DNA of 64,000 bases from contig NC_068985.1 in assembly GCF_001194135.2 (NCBI RefSeq), forward strand, positions 25,721,237 through 25,785,236, in the 5' to 3' direction. Shown piece by piece: positions 11,439 through 23,650 of the stretch. The position numbers and the translations under genes are program-made. The notes beneath the pieces were generated by a model. It made no database searches. It saw only the letters and a program-made list of their open reading frames with translations, and had not been told where the DNA came from. Origin of the DNA: Octopus bimaculoides. Its lineage: Eukaryota. Numbering within the stretch: the stretch's first letter is position 1; each line of letters begins with the position of its first letter.

Positions 11439-12559
11439 TACGCAACATTTCTTTGTTCTGCATTTTGCAACCTTACTTCTCTAACACCTTTTTTCTTGTA
11501 GCCGTTGCTGTGCCGAGCAAATAAACGTTATGTAGAATCAGAGAATTTATTTCGATATCCGATACTTTCAATCAACCATTTAAGCTTTTTTGCATCTATT
11601 CTTAAGATTCTTATTTCAACTGAAATAATAGTATTTTAGGAAAGTGGGTTATACATCATTAGATGTACACCTAACTTTCCTATATTAAATTAGAAGTGAA
11701 CTGAACGCAGAAACTCCAAACTGATCAACAACAACAAATATTTATTTATGGAGGTAAATAGGCATGGTTGCTGAGACGGCGGAATGTTGGAACGAGCTGT
11801 CCCCAAAAGTTGGAATGCTGGAGAGACAACTTGGTTCAACCACACTCAATGAGAGCTTGTTCAGACGTCTTGCTTGGTCGCTGTCTGGCGTGGTAAAGAG
11901 AGAGAATAGAAGCGGGAACGCTTGGATGTTGAAATCCACGCATGCTTGGATAAGGATGCAGCAATGGCGACTATGCCTTTTTGGCGCCAATATGACGTCA
12001 CTACAGTATCTTTATGACAATTGCTGATTCTTTTAAGTTCGTATTTTAGGTCGTGGTATTTTCTATTCTCTCACGTTCTTTTTCTACTATTCTTTTATCA
12101 AACGGGTAAACAACGTTGATTAAGTAACACACTCTTTCCTATTTAAAGAATAAGACCATATCTGGACGAGAATGTTTTATTTGCTTATCCGTTTGCAGTT
12201 TAATATCCCTCAATACATTTACATGGTCATTTTAAGGATGAGCTCAGTTTTATGACCAACGCATTTTGCCACTTGGAAATCTTTTAAGCATTTGGAGTTT
12301 CAGCAATATTGTATACTCGTCTCTTCACCAACCATTTTTCTTTCAGCTTCTCAGGAAAATTATTTGCAATACTGGCATTTTTACCAGTCGTTTTTATATT
12401 ATGCAACATCAAATGCTTCACAAACCTTTTAAACCAACTTTTACTAGCCAGATTTTATTATTATTATTATTATAAGTTTCACCTTCATTTTTACGCAAAT
12501 CGTCGTTCAAACATTTAGCTATTTTTTAAATTATCATCGTACTCATCGGTATACTACGT

Positions 12560-12768
12560 CGAGTCAGATCCTTGATCGAATCAGATCCTTGATCGAGTCA
12601 GATCCTTGATCGAGTCAGATCCTTGATCGAGTCAGATCCTTGATCGAGTCAGATCCTTGATCGAGTCAGAACCTTGATCGAGTCAGATCCTTGATCGAGT
12701 CAAATCCTTGATCGAGTCAGATCCTTGATCGAGTCAGAACCTTGATCGAGTCAGATCCTTGATCGAGT
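12560..12768. repeat. 17-bp minisatellite, 12 units plus 5 bp (CGAGTCAGATCCTTGAT)
   Basis: Units are adjacent with no spacers; single-base variants occur in units 2, 7, 9 and 11. Confidence 0.95.
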
Positions 12769-14944
12769 TATTCAAGAGCCATTACATTTTAAGCATCACA
12801 TTAGATTTATGAAAACATAAGGTCCTATCATTTAATGGAATAACTTCTTGAACACTTAATTTTCTCTATCTTGTCATGTATTGTTCTTACTGTAAACGTT
12901 GCAAGTTTTAATATTTAGGCAATATGACTGATTATTTCCTCCTGCGTTAAACCTTTTCACAATATTAAGTGTAATATCCATTGTTATCTTATTACGGTTC
13001 TGCTTTGTACTATGTCTTTCAGTATCACTTGACATCTTGAATTGAAGATAAATTCAACAGCAGCGGCGGCAAATATGTAGCAAAAAGAAAAAAAGATAAC
13101 ACCAGTAAAGAATTATTTATGCGAGCAAAATATTGTCCGCTTATCCCAATTGGTGTAAGTATAGAAATGAGAAGGCAAAAAAAAAAAGGCAGAAGAGTGA
13201 GAAAGTACTCTATGATTATAGATGATTAGTTCGATTTGACCCCACAGCTTTAAAAGGTGTAGCTCAATATTATCATGTTTTTTTTTTTGAGAATTTAACG
13301 ATTCTACCAGTTTAAAATCTCTATTTTCCCTACAAATCCAAGCTAATCTTCATGTACATGCAATATTATTATCTGAGCGTGTTTAATGTATCTAATTTGT
13401 AGGGACAGCCAGGCCCGTGTAAAGTTGGTGGTTGATCCCTCAAGATGTAAAACCTATTCCAGCTGGTAATGATCCCAGACCAGATATCAAATGTAGACTC
13501 GATATGAAACTGGTCGAGTATTTCAGTAATTAGTGCTAGATGCGTATGATTTGTGTACGGGTTACGAATATATGCACTACATACATATATGTGTGTGTAT
13601 GTGTATGCATTTGTGTACATATATTTACATATATATATATATGTGTGTGTTTGTGTGTGTGTGTGTAAATATATGTACACATACATATACATGCGTTTAT
13701 ATATGTATGTGTGTGTGTGTGTGTGCGTGCGCACGCGATGTGAGGGCGGTGATTAGTGCACATAATGTACTTACAAGTAACACAATAGAACAGAAAGAAC
13801 CAAAAATGGATTTACAAAAACAATAAAAAATGTTATTCTTTACCAAACGCTGTCCATTATCTCCAACAGAAACGTAAGCCCCCACAAGATTTGACCCCTC
13901 CCCTCAGAATCGCAGGCCAATGCCAATTTCATCCCTACCAGATACCTCTATTCTGTCCTGGGGGCAGCCATAACGTAGAATGCGTGCAACGTCCAGGAAC
14001 TCTACATGTTTTTAATGTGGGAAAAAGCATCACATCTTGTGTAAGTCTTCTATGGATTTTTTTATGCACAGCTATATTTCTGAGGTTTTACCTTCGCAGC
14101 CAGAGTTTTTTTTTTTTTGTCATGTAACAAAAAAATGGAGGAAAAGTAGTGCTCATCACCCTTTTTTCAAAGTTCCCGAACCTAAAAGAGAGGAAGCCAT
14201 CCTCAAACAGAGGAGATGGCTCAAATGTTTGCAACAAATTGCACTTCACTAAATGCATACAGGGGTCAAGTGTTGACATTAAACGGGCGACAGATTAGGT
14301 CTATCACTAAAGAACCGAACTCCCACGGAGATTCCGTTTACTAGATTTCACTCAATGTTTTGGCCGGCCTGTGGCTATGAAAAGAAGACATTTCTCCAAG
14401 GTACTGCATAGTGGGATTGAAACCGAAGCTAAATAGTTGCGAAATGATATTCTAAACTCCACAGCTTTATTTGATTAAATAAATATTATCGAAAATTCTG
14501 AAAACAATTATATTGACAAATTTTGGCCATTTCTGTGATTAAAAAAGCTTAAAATTTTAAGCGGTGACTAAGTTTTCATCACTTCGAAGCGAAACTGGTA
14601 TTTTCTTAATTGAAAATATATCCTGGTCTAACAACATGGAGTTCATAAGAAATTATTAATTCATAAGGTAAAGAAAACAAGGCAAGTTGATTCTTGATGA
14701 AACTATAGTCAATGATGGAATTTAGGAATTAGAGCATTGCACAACTTCATTTAATGAGATTCTTGTCCGTAGATTTTTAATCACTGGAAATTGAAGAGAC
14801 TACTTTTCCTAGTTTTGGTTTTTAATGTACGACAACAAGAGTCAAAAGACATTTAAATACATATGTGTGTGTATGTGTGAGTGCATGGGGAACAAACGAA
14901 AGAAAGAGGCACTAAACAGATTTAGTAGGAGTTACAAATATTGA

Positions 14945-15160
14945 TTTCCAGTTTTAGCACAAGGCCAACAATTTTGATGCTGTTGGGTAAGTCGATTACA
15001 TCGACCCCAGTGCTCAACGGGCACTTATTTTATCGACCCTGAAAGAATAAAAGATTTAGTCGACTTCGACGGCGAAATTTGAACTCAGAACATGAAGACG
15101 GACGAAATGCCACAAAGCATTCTTCCCGGCGTGCTAACGATTCTTCCACCTCACCGCCCC
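14945..15160 (-). mobile_element. SINE family A
   Basis: Head, central domain and tail-2 are recognisable. Confidence 0.8.
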
Positions 15161-16687
15161 AAGGAGTTTCACATTTTATTATTTAAAACAGCTGGATTCA
15201 GTCCCATGCAACTTAAAGTTTCGTAAGTTTCTTACAGAAACCTAGCTCGTCGGGCTCAGCTCAGTTAACTATATATATATGTAAATGATAGGATTGCTTC
15301 AATATTTCAGGGGTAGTCTGAAGTATCTAAGCAACCAGGGGATAGTTAAATCCGAAGGCACTCCTGGAAATTACTTGTGTGGGTACCGTCTTCGTTAGAA
15401 GGTATCCACATAATTANNNNNNNNNNNNNNNNNNTATATAAGGTAACCTTACCTTAAAATATCTTTCATTATTCCTAGATGTCGTAAGTTATATTATCAT
15501 CTAAAATAACACATCTCTTCTATTTGAGATGTGATTAACTTCCAAAATATAATCTGTCGAGAAGGATTTAAAGCAACATGCTATCTTTGTTCTGTATGCA
15601 TGTATCTAAATGTTGCTACACATAACAGGATTCCTGTCTTTAATCAATTTTGACATACGGTTATATACACCATTGAGAAACAGGAGTAGATACAAGCTTT
15701 TAGCATGCAAAATGGAAGACCTACTTAAAATATGCACGCTAGCATTGTCGTTCATCAACAAAGTCTCAAATTACCTTTTTTAACAGATATAACATTTTTC
15801 TGTTTAATAGATGCTTAATTTCGAGAAAATATTTCCCTCTTTTCAATAGGAGTCTCTAAAAACAAACGTTAGATTTCTTTTGGTTTTCTTTCTCCAACAA
15901 AGAAACAAAATTCAATCCATTACTAATTTTTCTCGTTCGTCATTCTATATCTCTACCCACCTGAATTATATAAATTGGACCATTTTAGTTACTTCTCTTA
16001 GCTCAAGTTTTGTTAATTATATACATTTATGCCTATATGTGTACCATAAAAATATAAGAAATTTCGAAGTAGGTTAACAGAAATTAAATATCATATTTTT
16101 ATAGGCATAAGATTTAAGAAAATTTTTTAAAAAGAGCAAAAAAAAATTATATTAAAACAAAATGCCTGAATCGATTTTCATATAACCACTCATTTAAGCT
16201 GATCATATATACAGTAATTAAACAACTTAAAATAGCAAGATGTCTGATATGCTCAGGCATGTTTGTTGATTTGAAATAAATCAGTTTACAACAAAACTTG
16301 ACACAAATTTGAACTATCACTGGTGTAATTAAACAGTTATCGACATATCCCACTACCGACTTGTATATATTCATTCACGAGCCAACTATAATAAAAGGTA
16401 CAAGCTATACAAAAGACGTTCATACACACACATATACATTCGGCTTTCATCTCGCAACATGTCACTAAGCCACGCGCGTTCTAAAGTGCCTATCCTAACC
16501 ACAAGTAGAACACTAAACTGGTACCTAAAGCAATCGACGAAAGCGTGGTGCAATCATGACATATAACCTTATGTATATATTTTCGCCCTCATAGTCTCCA
16601 CAAATCTGCATTATTTGGAGTGGCAAAAACCAAAACTAAAATCCGATTAATTAATTTTTAGAAGTTTATATATAATAGGCACTAGAG

Positions 16688-17045
16688 GAAACATAAAGAC
16701 CCTCTTCAGTCATGATGGGCCATGGGATTGCACCTAGAAAGTTACTCCCCGAGGCACAAGTCCGGACAAGGTTGTTTATGGAAGACCAAGAATCGCCCAT
16801 ACATGCCAGTCTCACCTCTCCACGCCGCCGATGTTATCCAAGGGAAAGGCAAAGACCGATACAGTTTGGAACCAGTGATGTCGCAACTCATTTTTTATAG
16901 ATGAGCGAACTGGAGCAACGTAAAATAAATTGTCTTGCTCAAGAACACAACACAGCCGGTCCGGGAATCGTCAAGAACACGACATACATCCCGGTCCGGG
17001 AATCGAAATCACTACCTCATGATTCTGAACCATACACCTTCACAG
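16688..17045 (-). mobile_element. tRNA-headed CORE-like SINE, family C, with 17-bp TSD
   Basis: TSD TATAATAGGCACTAGAG at 16671-16687 and 17046-17062; homologous to 42608-42939; carries a small internal duplication. Confidence 0.85.
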
Positions 17046-17324
17046 TATAATAGGCACTAGAGTAACAATTCATTTTATTAATCAACAAAGAATTTCTATG
17101 GTAGAGGATTCGGCTGGATCAAAAAACCTATTTTGATGCTGACATTAAAACTATTTTCGATTTTCCCGCTTTGAACAAAGACAAATTATGGTTTTATAAT
17201 CATATTTAGTTTTTCAGAACGTTTGCTCAGATCATTGCTTTGTAATGTGCACGCTTCATGAATGTAAAAATTATATGGAACTGCTGTTAGTGGTAATTTT
17301 ACGACTATGATACTATGGGGAACA

Positions 17325-17705
17325 GTGGAGGCGCAATGGCCCAGTGGTTAGGGCAAGCGGACTCGCGGTCATAGGATCGCGGTTTCGATTCCCAGACCGG
17401 GCGTTGTGAGTGTTTATTGAGCGAAAACACATGAAGCTCCACGAGACTCCGGCAGGAGATGGTGGCGAACCCTGCTGTACTCTTTCACCACAACTTTCTC
17501 TCACTCTTACTTCCTGTTTCTGTTGTGCCTGTAATTCAAAGAGCCAGCCTTGTCACGCTGAATATCCCCGAGAACTATGTTAAGGGGTACACGTGTCTGT
17601 GGAGTGCTCAGCTACTTGCACGTTAATTTCACGAGCAGGCTGTTCCGTTGATCGGATCAACTGGAACCCTCGACGTCGTAAGCGACGGAGTGCCCTCATC
17701 AACAA
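17325..17705 (+). mobile_element. tRNA-derived SINE family B
   Basis: GGAGGCGCAATGGCCCAGTGGTTAGG A-box and GGTTTCGATTCCC B-box; ends GTCGTAAGCGACGGAGTGCC; further copies at 32442 and 50078. Confidence 0.9.
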
Positions 17706-18102
17706 TGAGGAACTATTACAAAGATTGCCATACAGATGAACGGGATTGCAGTAAACACTACGTCGAATTTTCTCTGTTTGAAGAAGTAAACTACTCAATT
17801 GGTTGAATAAAACGAAACAGTTAATTTCTTTTGCACATGATGTAAAGAGAAGTGACGGCTATGTTTAATGTGTTAATGTAATTAGGTTTTTCGCAAACAT
17901 ATATATACATGCGTGTGTGTGTGTGTGTGTGTTTCTGTGTGTACACACACACACACAGAGGAGAAGACACGTGGATGGAGAGTCGCTGAAGAGGTTACAG
18001 GATGTGTGACGAAAGATTTCCAGACAATGGACATAAAATAATAATTAACAAGTGAAGAACGACTGTATAGTGTGTGTGTTTATTTGGCGAGCAAAAAATG
18101 AC

Positions 18103-18258
18103 GGATTGGCTGTGTGGTAAGTAGCTCGCTTACCAACCACATGGTTCCGGATTCAGTCCCATTGCGTAACACCTTGGGCAAGTGTTGCCTACCATTGCCT
18201 TGAGCCGACCAAAATCTTGTGAGTGGATTTGGTAGACGGAAACTGAAAGAAGCCCGTC

Positions 18259-18296
<38 letters not shown>

Positions 18297-18690
18297 GAGA
18301 ATATACAAATAATAACAACAGACGAGGACAGGTGGTGTAAATAACAAAAGTATATATTAGTATGACGCTCGGGAATACGGAAAGTCTTTGACGTTTCGAG
18401 CTACGCTCTTCAACAGAAAGAATACGGAGACAAGGAGAAAAACACGGAGAAATATATATATATATATATATATACATGTGTATGTGTTTGTTTGTGTTTG
18501 TTCCTCCACCATCGCTTGACAACCGATGTTGGTGTGTTTACGTCCCCGTAACTTAGCGATTCGGCAAAGAGACCGATAAGGATAAGTATTAGACTTACAA
18601 AGAATAAGTCCTCGGGTAGATTTCTTCGACTGAAGGCGGTGCTCCAGCATGGCCGCAGTCAAGTGACTGAAACAAGTAAAAGAGTAAAAT
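18103..18690 (+). mobile_element. SINE family D (tRNA-like head, CORE-like segment, internal (TA)n, LINE-like tail) carrying a 157-bp insert
   Basis: GGCTGTGTGGTAAG head, CCTTGGGCAAGTG CORE-like motif, tail CCAGCATGGCCGCAGTC...GACTGAAACAAGTAAAAGA. Confidence 0.9.
18385..18421 (-). ncRNA. Minimal type I hammerhead-like motif with a CUGUUGA core variant
   Basis: Reverse strand: TCTTT-CTGTTGA-A-GAGC-GTA-GCTC-GAAAC-GTC-AAAGA. Stem I is 5 bp, stem II 4 bp, a palindromic ACGT replaces stem III, and the cleavage triplet is GUC. Confidence 0.6.
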
Positions 18691-19679
18691 AATATCCCCA
18701 AATATAACAGTGTGTGTGTGTGTGTTCTGCTTTCAGTATTTGGCACTGCTTTCCTTCAAACCTTTGAACCCTACCACTAATTCTGTCTCTACTTATTATA
18801 TCAATCTCTAATGGCTAAGTTAACTCAACATACAGTTTTACGTTGATGTACACAATACTGAATAAATGTCTACCTGGTCCCATGATTTGCTAGAAATTAG
18901 CGCCAAATTTCCTCCAGCCCCACCCTTCCCTCTTTAAAAAAAACGTCACATTGGATAATGTTGGTGACATCACCCGAAAAGACAGGATGGCCACAATTAG
19001 AATCTAAAAAAACAATCGGTATTTTGTTATAAATGGTGAACAATAAATAAATTCACTAAATTCTCTTTTTTGTTATGACGTTTGTGGATATCTGATGTGT
19101 CTAACAATGAACGCACCACACCTAAATATGTCTGTGTACTTGTGCGCGTGTGTGTGTGTGTGTGTGTGTGTGAAGAAGAAAGAAAGAGAGAGAGAGAGAG
19201 AGAGAGAGGAAGACAGGTAGGGACAGTTAACTGAATATTTTTTGTATCCTTTTAACTATATGGCTTTGCACCGAAAACCTTGGATGCCTTCCACATAAAA
19301 GAACAAAGTGACATAAACAACGCCATGATTCCCACGAGTAAGTCATACGCATAAATCTTTAGAAAACATAGTTTTGACACCGAGAAAATATGTAGACTTA
19401 TAGATTGTTTCTGTTCCAGGGTCTAAGAATGTACTTTGTATGAAAGGAGACCTTAAATTTAGATGCTTATTCGAGAAATCCTAGAGCACCCACTTCTTTT
19501 CCAACCTACTCATTTCACTTCTCTCTCGCTCTCGCTCTCTCTTTCTCCATTTCTACATGCACACAGAAACACACACACACTCATATACATTAACATACGC
19601 ACGCACAGGCTAATACACAAACACATATACACATATTAATACAAAGCCATGCGCACGCATGCGCATATTTATATATAGG

Positions 19680-20685
19680 GATCTTTAGCACTATGCAGTG
19701 TCGTCCCGTTTTGGCATTGGTGTAGCTTTCAATGCCAAAAATTGGAACAATTCCTTCCAGGATCTTCCAGATGTATATTACTGCACACCTCTTCCACCTT
19801 CTCTCCAGGGAGTAGAGTCTTAGCTGTTTCAACCTTTCCAAGTAGCTGAGCAGTTGCAAAGAGACAATCTCCTTTGTGAATCTTCTCTGGATTGCTTCAA
19901 GGTCCGCTGTAAATTTCACACTGTTGGGTGACCATAGCTGGGAGCTGTAATCCAGGCGGCTGAGGACGAATGTCCTCCAGAGGACCATCATAGTTTCCTT
20001 ATCTCTAGTTCTGAATGTTCTCAGGATCCATTCAGCCAGTCGTCTGCACTTTGTCGCCATCCTGGTAATATACATTTGGAAAGAGGTCTCATCACTCATG
20101 TAGATACCCAGGTCCCTCACTGATTTAGGCTCTGGGATTGAAATACTCTGTGGACCAGTGGACCCTGTAAGTTTCATATTCAGTTTTGGTAGCTGATAGC
20201 GCAGGGCTTGGAATTTTTCAGCATTAAACTGCATAATATTATCCTCAGCCCATCTGTAAATTGAGTCCAGCTCTTGCTGCAGATGTCCAACATCGCTGGG
20301 GTTCTGTATTTTCTGCGAGATTTTCGTATCGTCTGCGTAGCTTGCAAGGGTGACAATCCGGGCACTTGAGTGCTAATCTGAGAGGGCCACTATCAAAAGC
20401 ACTGGTCCCAAGACAGTGCCCTGTGGAACACCGCTCATTTTTTGTGTTTTCATAGAGGTGGGTCCATTAGCCACTATTGTCTGACCTATCTTTCAGAAAG
20501 TCATGTAACCATTCTCCAAGTTTTCCAGCTATGCCGAGATCACGCAGTTTGTGGCATATCATACCATGATCCACTTTGTCAAACGCTTTTGCAAAATCAA
20601 GGTATATTACATCCGCATTTGAGTTCTTGAGTAACTGCTTCAACACCAAGTCATAATGTTAAAAGAGCTGGGTCAGGCAGTTCCT
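19680..20685 (-). mobile_element. CR1/L2-group LINE reverse transcriptase fragment (runs into a gap)
   Basis: DVIYLDFAKAFDKVDH, SGVPQGTVLGP, SYADDTK, MQFNAEKF, RLDYSSQLWSP and LYSLERR motifs. Confidence 0.92.
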
Positions 20686-21503
20686 NNNNNNNNNNNNNNN
20701 NNNNNNNNNNNNNNNNNNNNNNNNNNNNNNNNNNNNNNNNNNNNNNNNNNNNNNNNNNNNNNNNNNNNNNNNNNNNNNNNNNNNNNNNNNNNNNNNNNNN
20801 NNNNNNNNNNNNNNNNNNNNNNNNNNNNNNNNNNNNNNNNNNNNNNNNNNNNNNNNNNNNNNNNNNNNNNNNNNNNNNNNNNNNNNNNNNNNNNNNNNNN
20901 NNNNNNNNNNNNNNNNNNNNNNNNNNNNNNNNNNNNNNNNNNNNNNNNNNNNNNNNNNNNNNNNNNNNNNNNNNNNNNNNNNNNNNNNNNNNNNNNNNNN
21001 NNNNNNNNNNNNNNNNNNNNNNNNNNNNNNNNNNNNNNNNNNNNNNNNNNNNNNNNNNNNNNNNNNNNNNNNNNNNNNNNNNNNNNNNNNNNNNNNNNNN
21101 NNNNNNNNNNNNNNNNNNNNNNNNNNNNNNNNNNNNNNNNNNNNNNNNNNNNNNNNNNNNNNNNNNNNNNNNNNNNNNNNNNNNNNNNNNNNNNNNNNNN
21201 NNNNNNNNNNNNNNNNNNNNNNNNNNNNNNNNNNNNNNNNNNNNNNNNNNNNNNNNNNNNNNNNNNNNNNNNNNNNNNNNNNNNNNNNNNNNNNNNNNNN
21301 NNNNNATATATATATATACTTATATATATACATATATATTTATATACATACATATATACTTATATATATACATATAACTAATTTAGAGACGAACCACCAC
21401 TCTACAACTCAGTCAACTAAGAACCCGTCCAAAACCATGCTGTGAAGCATATACCATATCAATATTTATCTAAGTGACTGATTTGGGGAGTAAAATCATT
21501 TCC

Positions 21504-22168
21504 CCTAGCGTTGGCATGCCCCATTCTATCCGAATAGCTCCTGCCGGAGTAATTAGCAGATGAAATGCTGAAATGGGGGTACATGCATGATTCACAAAAA
21601 TTCAACACAAATATAAAGTAAAAAATAAAAATGAAAATAAAATAGAAATAAAAATAAGAATACAGTAAAAATAAAATAAATAAATGAAAAATGAAAAGTG
21701 TATACATATATGTATGTATGTACGTATGTGTGAGGGAATAGGTATATATATGTATATGTATATTCCCCCTCAAATGACTGTTGATGTACATCTGGACACA
21801 CATATGTACTCACGCATATATATATGCTTTTGAATCCTTTGATATCTAAGTATGGTTATGCACACAGACACAGACATGTGTATTGGGGTGTCTATAACTA
21901 TTTGTATGACCTTATATACTGTTTGTAGGCTTTTTATGTGCCTTATATTTTTATATTTTCATTTTTGATTTATTTATTTTATTTTTACTGTATTCTTATT
22001 TTTATTTCTATTTTATTTTTATTTTTGTTTTACTTTATATTTGTGTTGAATTTTTGTGAATTTCTGAAGAGGCCTAGCGAATCATGCATGTACCCCCATT
22101 TCAGCATTTCATCTGCTAATTACTCCAGCAGGAGCTATTCGGATAGAATGGGACATGCCAACGCTAGG
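21504..22168. repeat. Inverted duplication (arms 21504-21697 and 21956-22168), Penelope pLTR-like
   Basis: The arms are near-identical reverse complements, except that the left arm lacks a 21-nt segment bounded by GAAT microhomology. Confidence 0.9.
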
Positions 22169-22188
22169 CCGAAACAGCTGTAAGTTTC
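22058..22188 (+). ncRNA. Type I hammerhead ribozyme with an extended, branched stem II (Penelope-like element or retrozyme associated)
   Basis: CTGAAGA (22064-22070), GGCCTAGCG paired with CGCTAGGCC (perfect 9-bp stem II), GAAA (22171-22174), palindromic ACAGCTGT mini stem III, GUA cleavage triplet, and stem I GAATTT/AGTTTC. Confidence 0.8.
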
Positions 22189-22375
22189 TGCTTATTCTCA
22201 AATTCCTAATGTACTTTATATTTGTAACCTTGATTGTTAATATGACATGGTATGTCATAAGCATTTGTATATTGTGGTTTTTGTCATTTTAGTTACAAAA
22301 TAAATTAATTAATTCAACGGAATATACTGTCTGCAAATCGATAGGTACCGCATATTCTCCTCCATTTTCTAATTG

Positions 22376-22418
<43 letters not shown>

Positions 22419-22441
22419 TATATATATATATATATATGTAC

Positions 22442-22473
<32 letters not shown>

Positions 22474-22589
22474 AAAACGTTAAATTCAACTTACGATGAA
22501 AGTCAACAAACAAAGTTTGCTTTAGAACCGTTGAGACGTATTGAAAGATAAGGAAATAATTTTATTCTCAAACACAGGATAATGCTAAT

Positions 22590-22815
22590 CGGCAAAAACG
22601 TTAGCACGCCGGGCGAAACGCTTAGAGGTATTTGGTCCGTCTTTACGTTCTGAATTCAAATTCTGCCGAGGTCGACTTTGCCTTTCATCTTTTCGGGGTC
22701 GATTAAATTAGTACCAGTTACGCGCAAGTCGATGCAATCGACTTAATCCCTTTGTCTGTCCTTGTTTGTTCCCCTCTACGTTTAGCCCCCTGTGGGAAAT
22801 AAAGAAATAATAATA
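22590..22815 (+). mobile_element. SINE family A, tail-1 variant
   Basis: Tail CTTAATCCCTTTGTCTGTCCTTG...GTGGGAAATAAAGAAATAA. Confidence 0.85.
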
Positions 22816-22962
22816 ATATAGCTTGAACAGGATGACGCGTAATCACATGGATGTGAGTTCGAGTCACATGGCTGGCCGCTGACAAATTTTTCTGCAAAAT
22901 ATGTTGTTCATGCTATATTATTAGCATTATCCTGCGTTTGAGAATAAAATTATTCCCCTATC

Positions 22963-23009
<47 letters not shown>

Positions 23010-23416
23010 GTATATGTATGTATGTATTATGTATGTATGCATGTATATACATATATATAACTCCGAAATATTGAATACAAGGTAAGTCTTCATTAATTCA
23101 CATATTTGTTTCTTGTGATTTACTTCGCATTGGTTTGGCCTTACCTACGATCCTTTATACAAAATATGTATGTGTGTGCGTGTTATATATAAGTATATTN
23201 NNNNNNNNNNNNNNNNNNNNNNNNNNNNNNNNNNNNNNNNNNNNNNNNNNNNNNNNNNNNNNNNNNNNNNNNNNNNNNNNNNNNNNNNNNNNNNNNNNNN
23301 NNNNNNNNNNNNNNNNNNNNNNNNNNNNNNNNNNNNNNNNNNNNNNNNNNNNNNNNNNNNNNATACATACATACATACATACATACATACATACATACAT
23401 ACATACATACATACAT

Positions 23417-23650
23417 AAGGCGGCGAGCTGGCAGAAACGTTAGCACGCCGGGCGAAATGCTTAGCGGTATTTCGTCTGCCGCTACGTTCTGAGTTCAAAT
23501 TCCGCCGAGGTCGACTTTGCCTTTCATCCTTTCGGGGTCGATTAAATAAGTACCAGTTACGCACTGGGGTCGATATAATCGACTTAATCCGTTTGTCTGT
23601 CCTTGTTTGTCCCCTCTGTGTGTAGCCCCTTGTGGGTAGTAAAGAAATAA
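23417..23650 (+). mobile_element. SINE family A, tail-1 variant, young full-length copy within (CATA)n
   Basis: Intact A and B boxes, central domain and tail-1. Confidence 0.92.

Noticed and set aside
11742-12027. Overlapping 82-87 aa ORFs next to CCAAT/TGACGTCA motifs
   Set aside because: There is no recognisable domain or splice support, and the motifs are too short to call a promoter.
12560-12768. Possible CRISPR array
   Set aside because: The units are contiguous with no unique spacers, there are no cas genes, and the context is eukaryotic.
15453-15500. Minus-strand exon-like segment with good acceptor and donor
   Set aside because: There are stops in all three phases; it could only be a UTR exon and there is no independent support.
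16147-16374. Possible Penelope RT remnant (GYVDNC, IYFKSTN)
   Set aside because: Motif spacing is too short and the similarity too weak.
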